A stretch of DNA of 64,000 nucleotides from an uncultured Acidimicrobiaceae bacterium (GTDB lineage: Bacteria > Actinomycetota > Acidimicrobiia > Acidimicrobiales > RAAP-2). The stretch lies in contig CAWHGF010000008.1 in the NCBI GenBank assembly GCA_963828825.1, positions 17,608 through 81,607 on the forward strand, written 5' to 3'. A program made the translations under genes and the position numbers. The notes under the pieces were generated by a model. That model worked only from the letters and a program-made list of their open reading frames with translations. It did no database searches and was not told where the DNA came from. Positions 1 through 7,995 of this stretch are shown here, one piece after another; position 1 is the first letter of the stretch, and each line of letters begins with the position of its first letter.

Positions 1-852
1 TGGACCGCCGACGGCAAGGGCCCGGCGCTGCCATTGGACCGCGACGTCGGCGAACGGTGCGCTCGGCGACTTGGTGGGACGGGTGGCCGCCCAGGCGACG
101 CGGGCACCGCGGACGGAGTGGGCGCCCATCTCGTACATGTGGCGACGGATGTCCGCGCCCCGGGTCGAGAATTCGCCCAGCAGCTCCGGCCCGACGCCCG
201 CGATCTCTGCGGTGCGCCCGGGACCCCACGTCCACCGGACGCCGAGGGCGGATGCCAACCCGGCGCGCAGGTGCGCCTCGTAGACCGCGGAGGCGGCCAT
301 GCGGTGGGCATCGATCCCCCGCCGGTCGCAGGCGCCCCAGCGGCCGTCCGCGCCATGGACGAGGTTCGCCAGCAGGACATGGCTGTGGAGGTGCGGGTCG
401 CCGGTACGGCTGACCCCGTGCATGAACACCGCGGCGACGGCCCCGGTGGTCGGCACCACGTCTCGTGCCTGACCCGATCGCCGGGTGGCGGTGATGCCGT
501 GCTGCTCCAGATAGGAAAGCGACCCGGCGACCGCCTGGCCGTGGACGGTCGCCACCGTGCGCGCCACGTCGGCGCCGCCGAGTGCGAACAGCACGCTGGC
601 CGATTTGGGCGCGCTGAAGGTGAGGTCGAAGGCCGCCACGGAGACCCGTCCCGATCCGAGCACCACCCCGGTCACCGGATGCCGGCTCTCGAGCAGCCGC
701 CGGAAGTCGTCGGGCCTGACTGATCCCGCCAGCCCGAGGCCGGCCGCGGCGGTCCCGGCCCAGCGGCCCGATCCGGCCACGGGCAGCTCGCCGGCGAGGT
801 CGGCAAGGTAGTAGTCGGCCCTGTTCCTCCCCACCCCGTGGACCCCGAGCAC
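1..852 (-). CDS. MobF/TrwC-family conjugative relaxase, N-terminal relaxase domain (gene continues beyond window start)
   Basis: Absent from the ORF track because there is no stop in the window. My translation of the minus strand from GTG at 852-850 is open for all 284 codons: MLGVHGVGRNRADYYLADLAGELP...AAFDLTFSAPKSASVLFALGG...AVFMHGVSRTGDPHLHSHVLLANLVHGADGRWGA...AWAATRPTK. The N-terminal Tyr pair, the FSAPKS block and the H-x3-R-x2-DPxLHxHxxxxN three-His motif are signatures of TrwC/TraA relaxase domains. Confidence 0.8.
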   Translation of the reverse strand, partial: MLGVHGVGRNRADYYLADLAGELPVAGSGRWAGTAAAGLGLAGSVRPDDFRRLLESRHPVTGVVLGSGRVSVAAFDLTFSAPKSASVLFALGGADVARTVATVHGQAVAGSLSYLEQHGITATRRSGQARDVVPTTGAVAAVFMHGVSRTGDPHLHSHVLLANLVHGADGRWGACDRRGIDAHRMAASAVYEAHLRAGLASALGVRWTWGPGRTAEIAGVGPELLGEFSTRGADIRRHMYEMGAHSVRGARVAWAATRPTKSPSAPFADVAVQWQRRALAVGGP

Positions 853-905
853 TGCGCCCTCCCCTCACCCCGACGCACCGGCACGGGTGAACGGTCGGCC
901 CACGA

Positions 906-1325
906 TCAGGGCCGGCGGCGCAGCTCCACGATCGGGATCACCCGCGTCGTCGCCTTCTCGTAGTCGGCAAAGCCGGGTTGCGCCGCTACCTGGGCGGCGT
1001 AGAGACGGTCCCGCTCCGGTCCCGAGACGATCGGCACGGCGGTCGCGGCGAAGCGGTCGTCGCCGAACTCGACCTCGACCTCGGGATTGGCGAGCAGGTT
1101 GTGGTACCAGTCGGGATTGGTGGGCGCTCCCGCCTTGGAGGCCACCACGTAGAGGGCGCCGCCGTCGACGAGTCCCATGAGCGGATTCACCCGCTTCTCT
1201 CCAGACTTGGCACCGGTCGTGGTCAGCAGCACCATCGGGGCACCGGCGAACCCCCCACCGACGGCGCCGTGGTTGGCCCGGAATTCCTCGATCACCGCAT
1301 GGTTGAAATCGCTCATTTCGCTCAT
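906..1325 (-). CDS. nitroreductase-family deazaflavin (F420)-dependent oxidoreductase (DUF385/Ddn-like)
   Basis: ORF track, 139 aa. The blocks MVLLTTTGAKSGEKRVNPLM and YVVASKAGAPTNPDWYHNLLANP are typical of this family. The ATG overlaps the upstream stop (ATGA at 1322-1325). Confidence 0.8.
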   Translation of the reverse strand: MSEMSDFNHAVIEEFRANHGAVGGGFAGAPMVLLTTTGAKSGEKRVNPLMGLVDGGALYVVASKAGAPTNPDWYHNLLANPEVEVEFGDDRFAATAVPIVSGPERDRLYAAQVAAQPGFADYEKATTRVIPIVELRRRP

Positions 1326-3292
1326 GCCTGGACGCTATCGGCCTCGCCGACCTCGTAGCGCACCAGCACGCGGCGGGCCGCCTCCGCCGCCAAGTCGGTC
1401 AGCTCGGTCGGGCTCACGACGCGCACCGAGGGGCCGAGTTGCAGCAGGAGGCGTTCGAACCAGGCCATTCCGGAGACGTCGAGGACCACGTCGGTCACGG
1501 TCCCCCCGGCGTCGCGCCGCACGGCGCGCACGGGAACCGACTCGGGCACCCACTGTGCGCCTGGCCCGAGCTGCAGGTGGACCTCGACCGCACCGGGCCC
1601 CGGAACGAACATCTCCTCCAGCGGCCGCGACCGCGTGACGGAGACGCCGGGACTGTGCTCACGCGGGCGCACGGCCCCGATCCGGTCGACCCGGAAGCGC
1701 CGCATGTCTCCGGCCCGGTGGCAGTAGGCGTCGAGATACCAGTGCCCGTCGATGGTGGCAACCTGCACCGGCTCCACCGTGCGCGTGGTGAGCTCGTCAC
1801 GGGAGCCGGAGAGGTAGTCGATCTCGAGCGCCCGGTGGGCATCGGCCGCCTCCCGCACGGCGGCGAGGTGCGTCGGCGCGTCGACATCGAGCCCGACCGC
1901 CTCCCGAGACCCGAGCGCCGCATCGAGCTTGGCCAGGGCGCGGCGCAGTGCGGCGTCCTCCGAGCCCGGCACGGTGAGCAGCAGCCGGGCCGATGCCGCC
2001 ACGGCGAACCCCTCGGCGGGGGTGAGGCGGCGCGGCCGCGCGTACTCCGCCGGCAGGAAGGCCCGGACGGAATGCTCGGACACCTCAATCTCCATGAGCG
2101 TGTCCGGGGTGTAGGGCGGTGTGCCGCAGCACGCCGCAAGCTCCAACTCGGCCACCAGTTCCTTCTCGCTCATGCCGAAGCGCTGCGCGGCATCGGCGAT
2201 GGGCGCCTGTCCCACCTGCGCCAGCCAGCCGACCAGCGCCAACAGGCGTCGGAGACGCCGGCTGGTCTCACGCCCCGGCGTGCTGTGAGCCGGCTCTTCC
2301 GCCTCCAGCGCGCCATCCGTCTCCGGGACGCATGCCTCGGCCGGGAAGGCCTGAGCAGGGGCCACGACCGCGCCCAGCCAGGCGGTCAGCTCCTCCCGGA
2401 ACGAGGCCGGCTCGGTGACGGTGACGTGGTCGAGCAGCCCAAGGACCCAGGAGCGGATGGACGCGAAGGATGACACGCCGAGCACCACGTCGACCGACCC
2501 GTCGTCAAGCCGGCGGACCACCTTGTCCTCACCGACCTCCTCGGTGACCCGGCGCGCCTCGAGTGCGTCGACCCTCACCCGCATCTCGACCCGGTCCTCC
2601 CCTTCCACCTCCCACGGCTCGTCGGGCAGCGCCGCCTTCACGTCCACGTCGACATCGTCGGGCACCACCGCGTCGCCGGCCTCGCCGCGGGAGACCTCAC
2701 CCTCGATGCGGTCCACCCGGAACGTGCGCACGGCCGTCCGGTCGAGGTCCCAGGCCACCAGGTACCAGTGGCCGAAGCGGAACCACAACCCGACGGGCGC
2801 CACCCGCCTCGCTTCGGCGCGGTAGGCGAAAGCCGCGGTGGCGTGCGTGCGCACGGCCTCGAAGAGCTCGATCAGCGCTGCCGGCGGCACCATGGACGCG
2901 ATCGGGCGCACGTCGCCCAACCCGGCTGCGCCCAGCTTCAGCAGCGCGTCACGACCGCTAGGATCGCCCAGGTGGACGCCGGCGACGGCGAGGTGGAGCG
3001 CAACCTGCTCGTCGGGTTCGAGGTCGAGGTCGGGCAGGTAGAACGACTCGCGGTCGATCTGATACCCGTACTGCTCGTGGCCGGGCAGGCGTTGGGTGAG
3101 GACAGGGATGCCTTCGTCACGCAGCAACCGTTTGTCCCGCTCGAAGGCTTGACGGCGCGCCGAGTGCTCCGTCGGATAGCCCGGGACCTGGTGCGCAATG
3201 GCGTCGAGCGTCAGCGGCTGCCGCGTGTCGAGCAGCACGAGTACCAGATCAGTGACGCGCTCCAGCCGGTCGAGCTTTGCGGGGGCCTCCAT
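1322..3292 (-). CDS. pafBC: fused PafB-PafC type HTH/WYL-domain transcriptional regulator
   Basis: ORF track 1322..3598. I start it at ATG 3292 (MEAPAKLDRLERVTDLVLVLL...) because the 102 upstream codons are Arg/Gly-rich filler. Two HTH+WYL modules follow each other with no stop between them. Module 1: ...VAPVGLWFRFGHWYLVAWDLDRTAVRTFRVDRI... Module 2: ...VEPVQVATIDGHWYLDAYCHRAGDMRRFRVDRI... Confidence 0.75.
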   Translation of the reverse strand: MEAPAKLDRLERVTDLVLVLLDTRQPLTLDAIAHQVPGYPTEHSARRQAFERDKRLLRDEGIPVLTQRLPGHEQYGYQIDRESFYLPDLDLEPDEQVALHLAVAGVHLGDPSGRDALLKLGAAGLGDVRPIASMVPPAALIELFEAVRTHATAAFAYRAEARRVAPVGLWFRFGHWYLVAWDLDRTAVRTFRVDRIEGEVSRGEAGDAVVPDDVDVDVKAALPDEPWEVEGEDRVEMRVRVDALEARRVTEEVGEDKVVRRLDDGSVDVVLGVSSFASIRSWVLGLLDHVTVTEPASFREELTAWLGAVVAPAQAFPAEACVPETDGALEAEEPAHSTPGRETSRRLRRLLALVGWLAQVGQAPIADAAQRFGMSEKELVAELELAACCGTPPYTPDTLMEIEVSEHSVRAFLPAEYARPRRLTPAEGFAVAASARLLLTVPGSEDAALRRALAKLDAALGSREAVGLDVDAPTHLAAVREAADAHRALEIDYLSGSRDELTTRTVEPVQVATIDGHWYLDAYCHRAGDMRRFRVDRIGAVRPREHSPGVSVTRSRPLEEMFVPGPGAVEVHLQLGPGAQWVPESVPVRAVRRDAGGTVTDVVLDVSGMAWFERLLLQLGPSVRVVSPTELTDLAAEAARRVLVRYEVGEADSVQA

Positions 3293-3321
3293 CGCCCAGA
3301 GCCTACGGCGGGCGCCGGCCC

Positions 3322-4191
3322 GTGATCGCCGCCGCCCGTCCCTTCGACTGGCATCTGCACCTGCTGTGGCTGCTCGCCCTGCTCGGCCTCGTGGCCGGCT
3401 ACCTGTGGGCGACGCAGCGACAGGGCTGTACCGCGACGCCACGTCAGAAGCTTCTCTTCCTCGGCGGTGTCGTCCTCCTCGCGGGTGCCCTGACGTGGCC
3501 GCTCGGCGACCTGGCCAGCCATTGGCTCCTCTTCGCTCTCGTGCTCCAGCGGCTGTTGCTGACCCTCGCCGTGCCACCGCTCCTGGTCCTCGGGACACCG
3601 CGTCCGATCATCGGCCGCCTGACCCGGCCAGCGGCCGTCGACGCCGTGCTGCGCGTGGCGGTCCGGCCCCTACCGGCCGTGGCGATCGTCACCGTCGTCG
3701 CCGTGGGGACGCTGACCGTGGGCGCCGTGAGCCTCGCCGCGCACTCTGTCGTCGCCCGTACCGTCGTGCAGCTGGTCGTGCTCGCCTCAGGCTTCGTGCT
3801 GTGGGCACCGGTCCTGACGGAGCTCCCGGGCGCCCAGCGCCTGTCCGCACTGGGGCGCGGTGGCTATCTCATCGTGCAGTCGATCGTGCCCAGCTTCCTC
3901 TCCATCGTGTGGATCTTCGCCCGGCACTCGCTCTATCCCACGTTCACCTACACGGGCACCATCGCGGGCATGTCCCCGCTCCTCGATCAGGAGCTGGCCG
4001 GCTTCCTCGCCAAGCTGAGCACCATCGCGGTCCTCTGGACCGTGGCGTTCGTGATCATGACGCGGGCCGAGACCGCCGGCGAGGACACCGATCCGCTCGT
4101 GTGGTCCGACGTCGAACGCGAGATTCAGCGCGCCGAGCGCCGCGACAGGCGGCAGGGGTGGCCCGGTCCGCCGGCCGCCGGGTCCGGATGA
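3322..4191 (+). CDS. cytochrome c oxidase assembly factor CtaG-like polytopic membrane protein
   Basis: ORF track 3277..4191. It has multiple hydrophobic helices, and the block GFVLWAPVLTELPGAQRLSALGRGGYLIVQSIVPSFLSIVWIFA resembles COG3336/CtaG proteins. A start at GTG 3322 avoids overlap with the divergent pafBC start; TTG 3277 is also possible. Confidence 0.6.
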   Translation: MIAAARPFDWHLHLLWLLALLGLVAGYLWATQRQGCTATPRQKLLFLGGVVLLAGALTWPLGDLASHWLLFALVLQRLLLTLAVPPLLVLGTPRPIIGRLTRPAAVDAVLRVAVRPLPAVAIVTVVAVGTLTVGAVSLAAHSVVARTVVQLVVLASGFVLWAPVLTELPGAQRLSALGRGGYLIVQSIVPSFLSIVWIFARHSLYPTFTYTGTIAGMSPLLDQELAGFLAKLSTIAVLWTVAFVIMTRAETAGEDTDPLVWSDVEREIQRAERRDRRQGWPGPPAAGSG

Positions 4192-4253
4192 GGGTGGTGT
4201 CGGGGACTTCATCGGGGCACAATGGGGATCTATGGCTTGCATGGTGATGCTTC

Positions 4254-4895
4254 GTGTCCGCGGGCAAGCGGACACCTCGGGACGAGCGACGGCGCCGTCT
4301 CGGTCAGAACTTCCTCCGGCCTGACCTGGCCGCCACCCTGGTCGCCGAGGCGGCCTTCGACGCCGGTGATCTCGTGGTCGAGATCGGTGCCGGCCGCGGC
4401 GCCTTCACGTTCGCGCTGGCCCGGCACGGTATCGACGTGATCGCGCTGGAACGAGATCCCCGCTGGGCGGAACACCTGCGTCGGGAGGTGCGACGGCAGG
4501 GCGCGGCGCGCGTCACCGTCGTGTGCTGCGACGCGCTCCACTACCGGATGCCTCGCCGTCCCTTCCGTGCCATGGGCTCGCTTCCCTTCGGTGCCACCAC
4601 GGCCCTGCTGCGCCACCTGCTCGACGACCGGGGCAGTGGCCTGCGCCGTGCCGATCTGGTCGTGCAGTGGGAAGTGGCGCGCAAACGGGCGGCGATGCCC
4701 CCCACCACCTTGCTCTCCACGGCGTGGGCGCCCTGGTGGTCGTTCGCCCTGGGCCGACGTCTCCCGGCCGACGCCTTCCGTCCGGTGCCCTCCGTCGACG
4801 CCGCCGTTCTCCGCGTCACACGCCGGGAGCCACCACTGCTGCCGGACCACATGGCCGACGCCTATGCGTCGTTCGTACGGCGCCAATGGAAGTAA
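4254..4895 (+). CDS. Erm/KsgA-family rRNA adenine N6-methyltransferase, short Erm-like form
   Basis: ORF track, 213 aa. It carries the family-defining N-terminal LGQNFL, the SAM-binding VVEIGAGRGAFT, the block ADLVVQWEVARKRA and PVPSVDAAVLRVTRR. Motif IV reads GSLPF rather than the usual N-(L/I)-P-(Y/F). Confidence 0.7.
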   Translation: MSAGKRTPRDERRRRLGQNFLRPDLAATLVAEAAFDAGDLVVEIGAGRGAFTFALARHGIDVIALERDPRWAEHLRREVRRQGAARVTVVCCDALHYRMPRRPFRAMGSLPFGATTALLRHLLDDRGSGLRRADLVVQWEVARKRAAMPPTTLLSTAWAPWWSFALGRRLPADAFRPVPSVDAAVLRVTRREPPLLPDHMADAYASFVRRQWK

Positions 4896-5130
4896 CGGCT
4901 CCCGGTGGTATGGAGGAGGCGTGGTCGGTGCCCGACGTCTAACTCTTGGCGGAAGGGCGCGGCGGCGAGGTGGCCGTCCCGCACCTGACGCTGACCTTCC
5001 TCGACTCCGGCCTCGCACTGGAGAAGTCCGACCGAGGACCCGTCTGGGACGGCGCCTGGGGCGCGCTGGTGTACCTCACGTCTTGCTGCTCTGCACCGCG
5101 CACGTCATCACCTTTGAGCGCGTGGCGCTC

Positions 5131-5457
5131 TCAGGCCAGCGAGGCGCTCCGGAGCTCGTCGAGCGAGAGCTCGGCCGTCTGGTTCCCTCCGCACTGCGGG
5201 CAGTGCTCGACGTGGCGCCAGGACCGGAGCAGACGAGTGCCCTCCGGATTGAGCAGCACGACGAACGATTCCGAAATCGGGTCGATCTCGAGCCCGTAGT
5301 AAGCCCGCCAGGCGGTCGTGGCAGCATGAACGTCGAGCGCGAGACCCTTCAGCACGCGCCGGAAACGCAGCCTGTCGGTGTCGAAGATCCAGGTGCTGTG
5401 GCAGGACTCGAGGACGAACAACGCATCGCCTGTGGGGGGGACCACATCGGTGATCAT
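5131..5457 (-). CDS. hypothetical protein (C-terminal CPQCGG)
   Basis: ORF track, 108 aa. The composition is non-Arg-biased and protein-like, and the gene is co-directional with and downstream of the carboxyltransferase gene. I recognise no family. Confidence 0.45.
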   Translation of the reverse strand: MITDVVPPTGDALFVLESCHSTWIFDTDRLRFRRVLKGLALDVHAATTAWRAYYGLEIDPISESFVVLLNPEGTRLLRSWRHVEHCPQCGGNQTAELSLDELRSASLA

Positions 5458-5542
5458 GCCCGATATTTTCCCGAGTTCGGCGTCGAATGCACCTCAGCCT
5501 CGTTACGAAATGGTGACAATCCACGTTTTCCCTGGTGAACCC

Positions 5543-6889
5543 CTATTGTGGCCCGGCGTCGTGCTTCCGGCCCACCACCAACTCCCGTTTCGTGCAGAGC
5601 TGGCGCAGGACCCCGCACAGCACGATGCGGCTGTCCGCGGGGTCGACGACCTGGTCGATCAGCCCCCGCTCCGAGGCCGGCCACGGATTGAGGTAGGCAC
5701 TCTCGTAGGCCAGCTCCCGGTCCGCCCGTTCCGCGGGCTCGAGGCCCCGGTGGAGGATCTGAACGGCGCCGGACGCCCCCATGACGGCCACCTCGGCCCC
5801 CGGCCAGGCCAGGCAGATGTCGTTGCCGATGCCCCTCGAGTCCATGACGATGTAGGCGCCGCCGAAGGCCTTGCGAAGGACCAGGCACAACCGCGGCACC
5901 GTCGCCTGGGCATAGGAGAACGCCAGCTCAGCCCCGTGTCGGATCATGCCGCGCCATTCGAGGTCCTTGCCGGGCAGGAACCCCGGTGTGTCGACCAGGC
6001 TCACGATGGGGAGGTTGAAGGCGTCGCAGAGCCGGACGAAGCGGGCCCCCTTCTGCGACGCCGCGATGTCGAGGGTGCCGGCCAGTATCCGGGGCTGGTT
6101 GGCCACGAATCCGACCGGCATCCCACCCAGACGGGCGAATGCGGTGACGAGCTGCCCCGCCCACCGCGGCCACAGCTCCCGGAGCTCGCCGTCGTCGCAC
6201 AACGACCGGACCACCTCCCGCACGTCATAGGTGGCCGCCTTGCGGTCGGGGATGACGGTGCGCAGCTCGGGCGTGGGGCGCAGCACGGAATCGCTGACGG
6301 GGGCGAGCGGGGGAACCTCGTCCGTGTTCGACGGCAGGTACTCGAGGAGCTCGGCCACGGCGCCGTCCACGTCGTCGGACTGCACGGCGCACAAGCCGCT
6401 CGCCGTGGCATGGACAGCCGAGCCACCCAGCTCGCTGATCCCGACCTCGATCCCGGTGAACTCCGCCACCATCTGCGGGCCCGAGACGAAGGCCACCGCC
6501 TCAGAGCTCATGACGACCAGGTCGGAGAGGCCGAGCAGCAGGGCGGGACCGGAGACCACGGGACCCGTCGCCGCGGCGATCACCGGCACCTGGCCGCTGC
6601 AGCGCGAGATGGCGGCGGCGGCGCGCCCCCACCCGTGCAGTGCCGCAACGCCGTCGAGAACGTCGGCCCCGCTCGATGCCACGAAGAAGACGAGCGGGAT
6701 CCCGAGCTCGCGGGCCTGGTCGGCCGCCTCGGCCAGCCGCACCCCGTCCGCGTGCGTGATGGCGCCGCGCCGCATGGTGCCGAGCGACCGCGCAATGACC
6801 ACATCGCGCCCGCCGATCCGGCCGACCTCCGACGTGACGGCGCCGACGATCCCCTTGCCGACCGCGGGCGCCTCCTCCACTTGGGTCAC
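5543..6889 (-). CDS. acyl-CoA carboxylase carboxyltransferase (beta) subunit, AccD/PccB-like
   Basis: ORF track, 448 aa. The blocks ...GGSAVHATASGL..., VGFVANQPRILAGTLDIAASQKGARFVRLCDAFNLPIVSLVDTPGFLPG and RKAFGGAYIVM match the carboxyl transferase domain. Confidence 0.85.
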   Translation of the reverse strand: MTQVEEAPAVGKGIVGAVTSEVGRIGGRDVVIARSLGTMRRGAITHADGVRLAEAADQARELGIPLVFFVASSGADVLDGVAALHGWGRAAAAISRCSGQVPVIAAATGPVVSGPALLLGLSDLVVMSSEAVAFVSGPQMVAEFTGIEVGISELGGSAVHATASGLCAVQSDDVDGAVAELLEYLPSNTDEVPPLAPVSDSVLRPTPELRTVIPDRKAATYDVREVVRSLCDDGELRELWPRWAGQLVTAFARLGGMPVGFVANQPRILAGTLDIAASQKGARFVRLCDAFNLPIVSLVDTPGFLPGKDLEWRGMIRHGAELAFSYAQATVPRLCLVLRKAFGGAYIVMDSRGIGNDICLAWPGAEVAVMGASGAVQILHRGLEPAERADRELAYESAYLNPWPASERGLIDQVVDPADSRIVLCGVLRQLCTKRELVVGRKHDAGPQ

Positions 6890-6982
6890 CGGGACCGAAT
6901 GTAGACCAGCCGGCGAAGCCGGCTCACCGGCAACGATCGCGTGCGGAGCGAAGGGGGATGGCGGGGAGGGGACGAACGAGAA

Positions 6983-7474
6983 TTAGAGGTGGTTGACCTC
7001 GGGCCGGCGCCAGGGCCCGGACCGACCGCCGGACTTCTCCCACAGCGCCAGGTGCTCCACGGTCATGGTGCGATCGGCCGACTTGCACATGTCGTAGACC
7101 GTGAGCGCCGCCACGGCGCAGGCGGTCATCGCCTCCATCTCGACCCCGGTGCGGTCGACGGTCTCGACCTGGGCCTCGACCTCGACGTAGTCGTCACCGA
7201 TGGAGAAGTTGACGCCGATAGAGCCCACCAGGACGGGGTGGCACATGGGGATCAGCTCCGCCGTGCGCTTCGCCGCCTGAATCCCGGCGATCCGGGCCGC
7301 CGCCAGCACATCCCCCTTGGTGATGGCGTTGTTGGCGACCTGCGTCGTCGTCTCGGGCAACATCGAGACCCGGCAACGGGCCAGGGCCCGGCGATGCGTG
7401 GGCTCGCGGGGCGTGACGTCGACCATGCGGGCGCCGCCCAGCGGGTCGAGATTGGCCAGCATGCGGTCGGACAC
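6983..7474 (-). CDS. moaC: cyclic pyranopterin monophosphate synthase MoaC
   Basis: ORF track, 163 aa. KGDVLAAARIAGIQAAKRTAELIPMCHP and TGVEMEAMTACAVAALTVYDMCK are canonical MoaC blocks. Confidence 0.9.
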   Translation of the reverse strand: MSDRMLANLDPLGGARMVDVTPREPTHRRALARCRVSMLPETTTQVANNAITKGDVLAAARIAGIQAAKRTAELIPMCHPVLVGSIGVNFSIGDDYVEVEAQVETVDRTGVEMEAMTACAVAALTVYDMCKSADRTMTVEHLALWEKSGGRSGPWRRPEVNHL

Positions 7475-7589
7475 GAGGGTGAAGTCTACGACCTGCGATG
7501 ACCCTGGTCCGACGTTGCCGGCGTGCTCCGGCGGGTAGACTTGGCAGTCTCAGGCAGTGAGTGCCAACCAGCGGCCCCGGAGGAGTCCC

Positions 7590-7991
7590 TTGCCGACCTA
7601 TGAATACGCGTGCACGACGTGCGGGCACCGCCTCGAAGCGGTCCAGAGCTTCACGGACGATCCGCTCAGCGAGTGCCCGGAGTGCGGCGGCGCGCTGCGC
7701 AAGGTCTACGGCGCCGTCGGCATCGTCCTGAAAGGCAGCGGCTTCTACAAGACGGACTCGCGGGCGGCCTCGGGGAGCAACGGCTCCGGGAAGAAGGGCG
7801 CCGACGCCCAGAACGGCGACTCGGGGAGCAGCGATACCTCGACCAGCGATTCGTCGTCCAAGAAGGAGTCCACTTCCGAGAAGGGCGGCTCCGAGAAGGG
7901 CGGCTCCGAGAAGGGCGGCTCCGACAAGGGCGGCTCCGACAAGGGCGGGTCGAAGAGGGACACCACGCCCGCCTCCAACACGGCAAGCTGA
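7590..7991 (+). CDS. FmdB-family CxxC-CxxC zinc-ribbon protein with Gly/Ser/Glu/Lys repeat tail
   Basis: Frame of ORF 7557..7991. Start is probably TTG 7590, with GGAGG 6 nt upstream, giving (M)PTYEYACTTCGHRLEAVQSFTDDPLSECPECGGALRKVY. The C-terminus is a low-complexity (GGSEK/GGSDK)n tail. Confidence 0.8.
   Translation: MPTYEYACTTCGHRLEAVQSFTDDPLSECPECGGALRKVYGAVGIVLKGSGFYKTDSRAASGSNGSGKKGADAQNGDSGSSDTSTSDSSSKKESTSEKGGSEKGGSEKGGSDKGGSDKGGSKRDTTPASNTAS
7875..7949 (+). repeat. 15-bp tandem repeat x5 (tccgagaagggcggc / tccgacaagggcggc) encoding SEKGG/SDKGG
   Basis: Read directly: three copies of tccgagaagggcggc, then two of tccgacaagggcgg(c/g). Confidence 0.9.
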
Positions 7992-7995
7992 GGGG

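Noticed and set aside
1322-3598. Full 758-aa version of the pafBC ORF.
   Set aside because: The first 102 codons are Arg/Gly/Ala-rich with no HTH. The conserved N-terminal HTH begins at ATG 3292. The long version would also overlap the divergent ctaG-like gene by more than 270 nt.
4946-5299. 117-aa plus-strand ORF after the Erm-like gene. Its first ~45 codons have high GC3 (GEVAVPHLTLTFLDSGLALEKSDRGPVWDGAWGALVYLT).
   Set aside because: It then runs antisense through the better-supported 5131..5457 gene, and no family is recognised. It may be a remnant, but it is not reportable as a gene.
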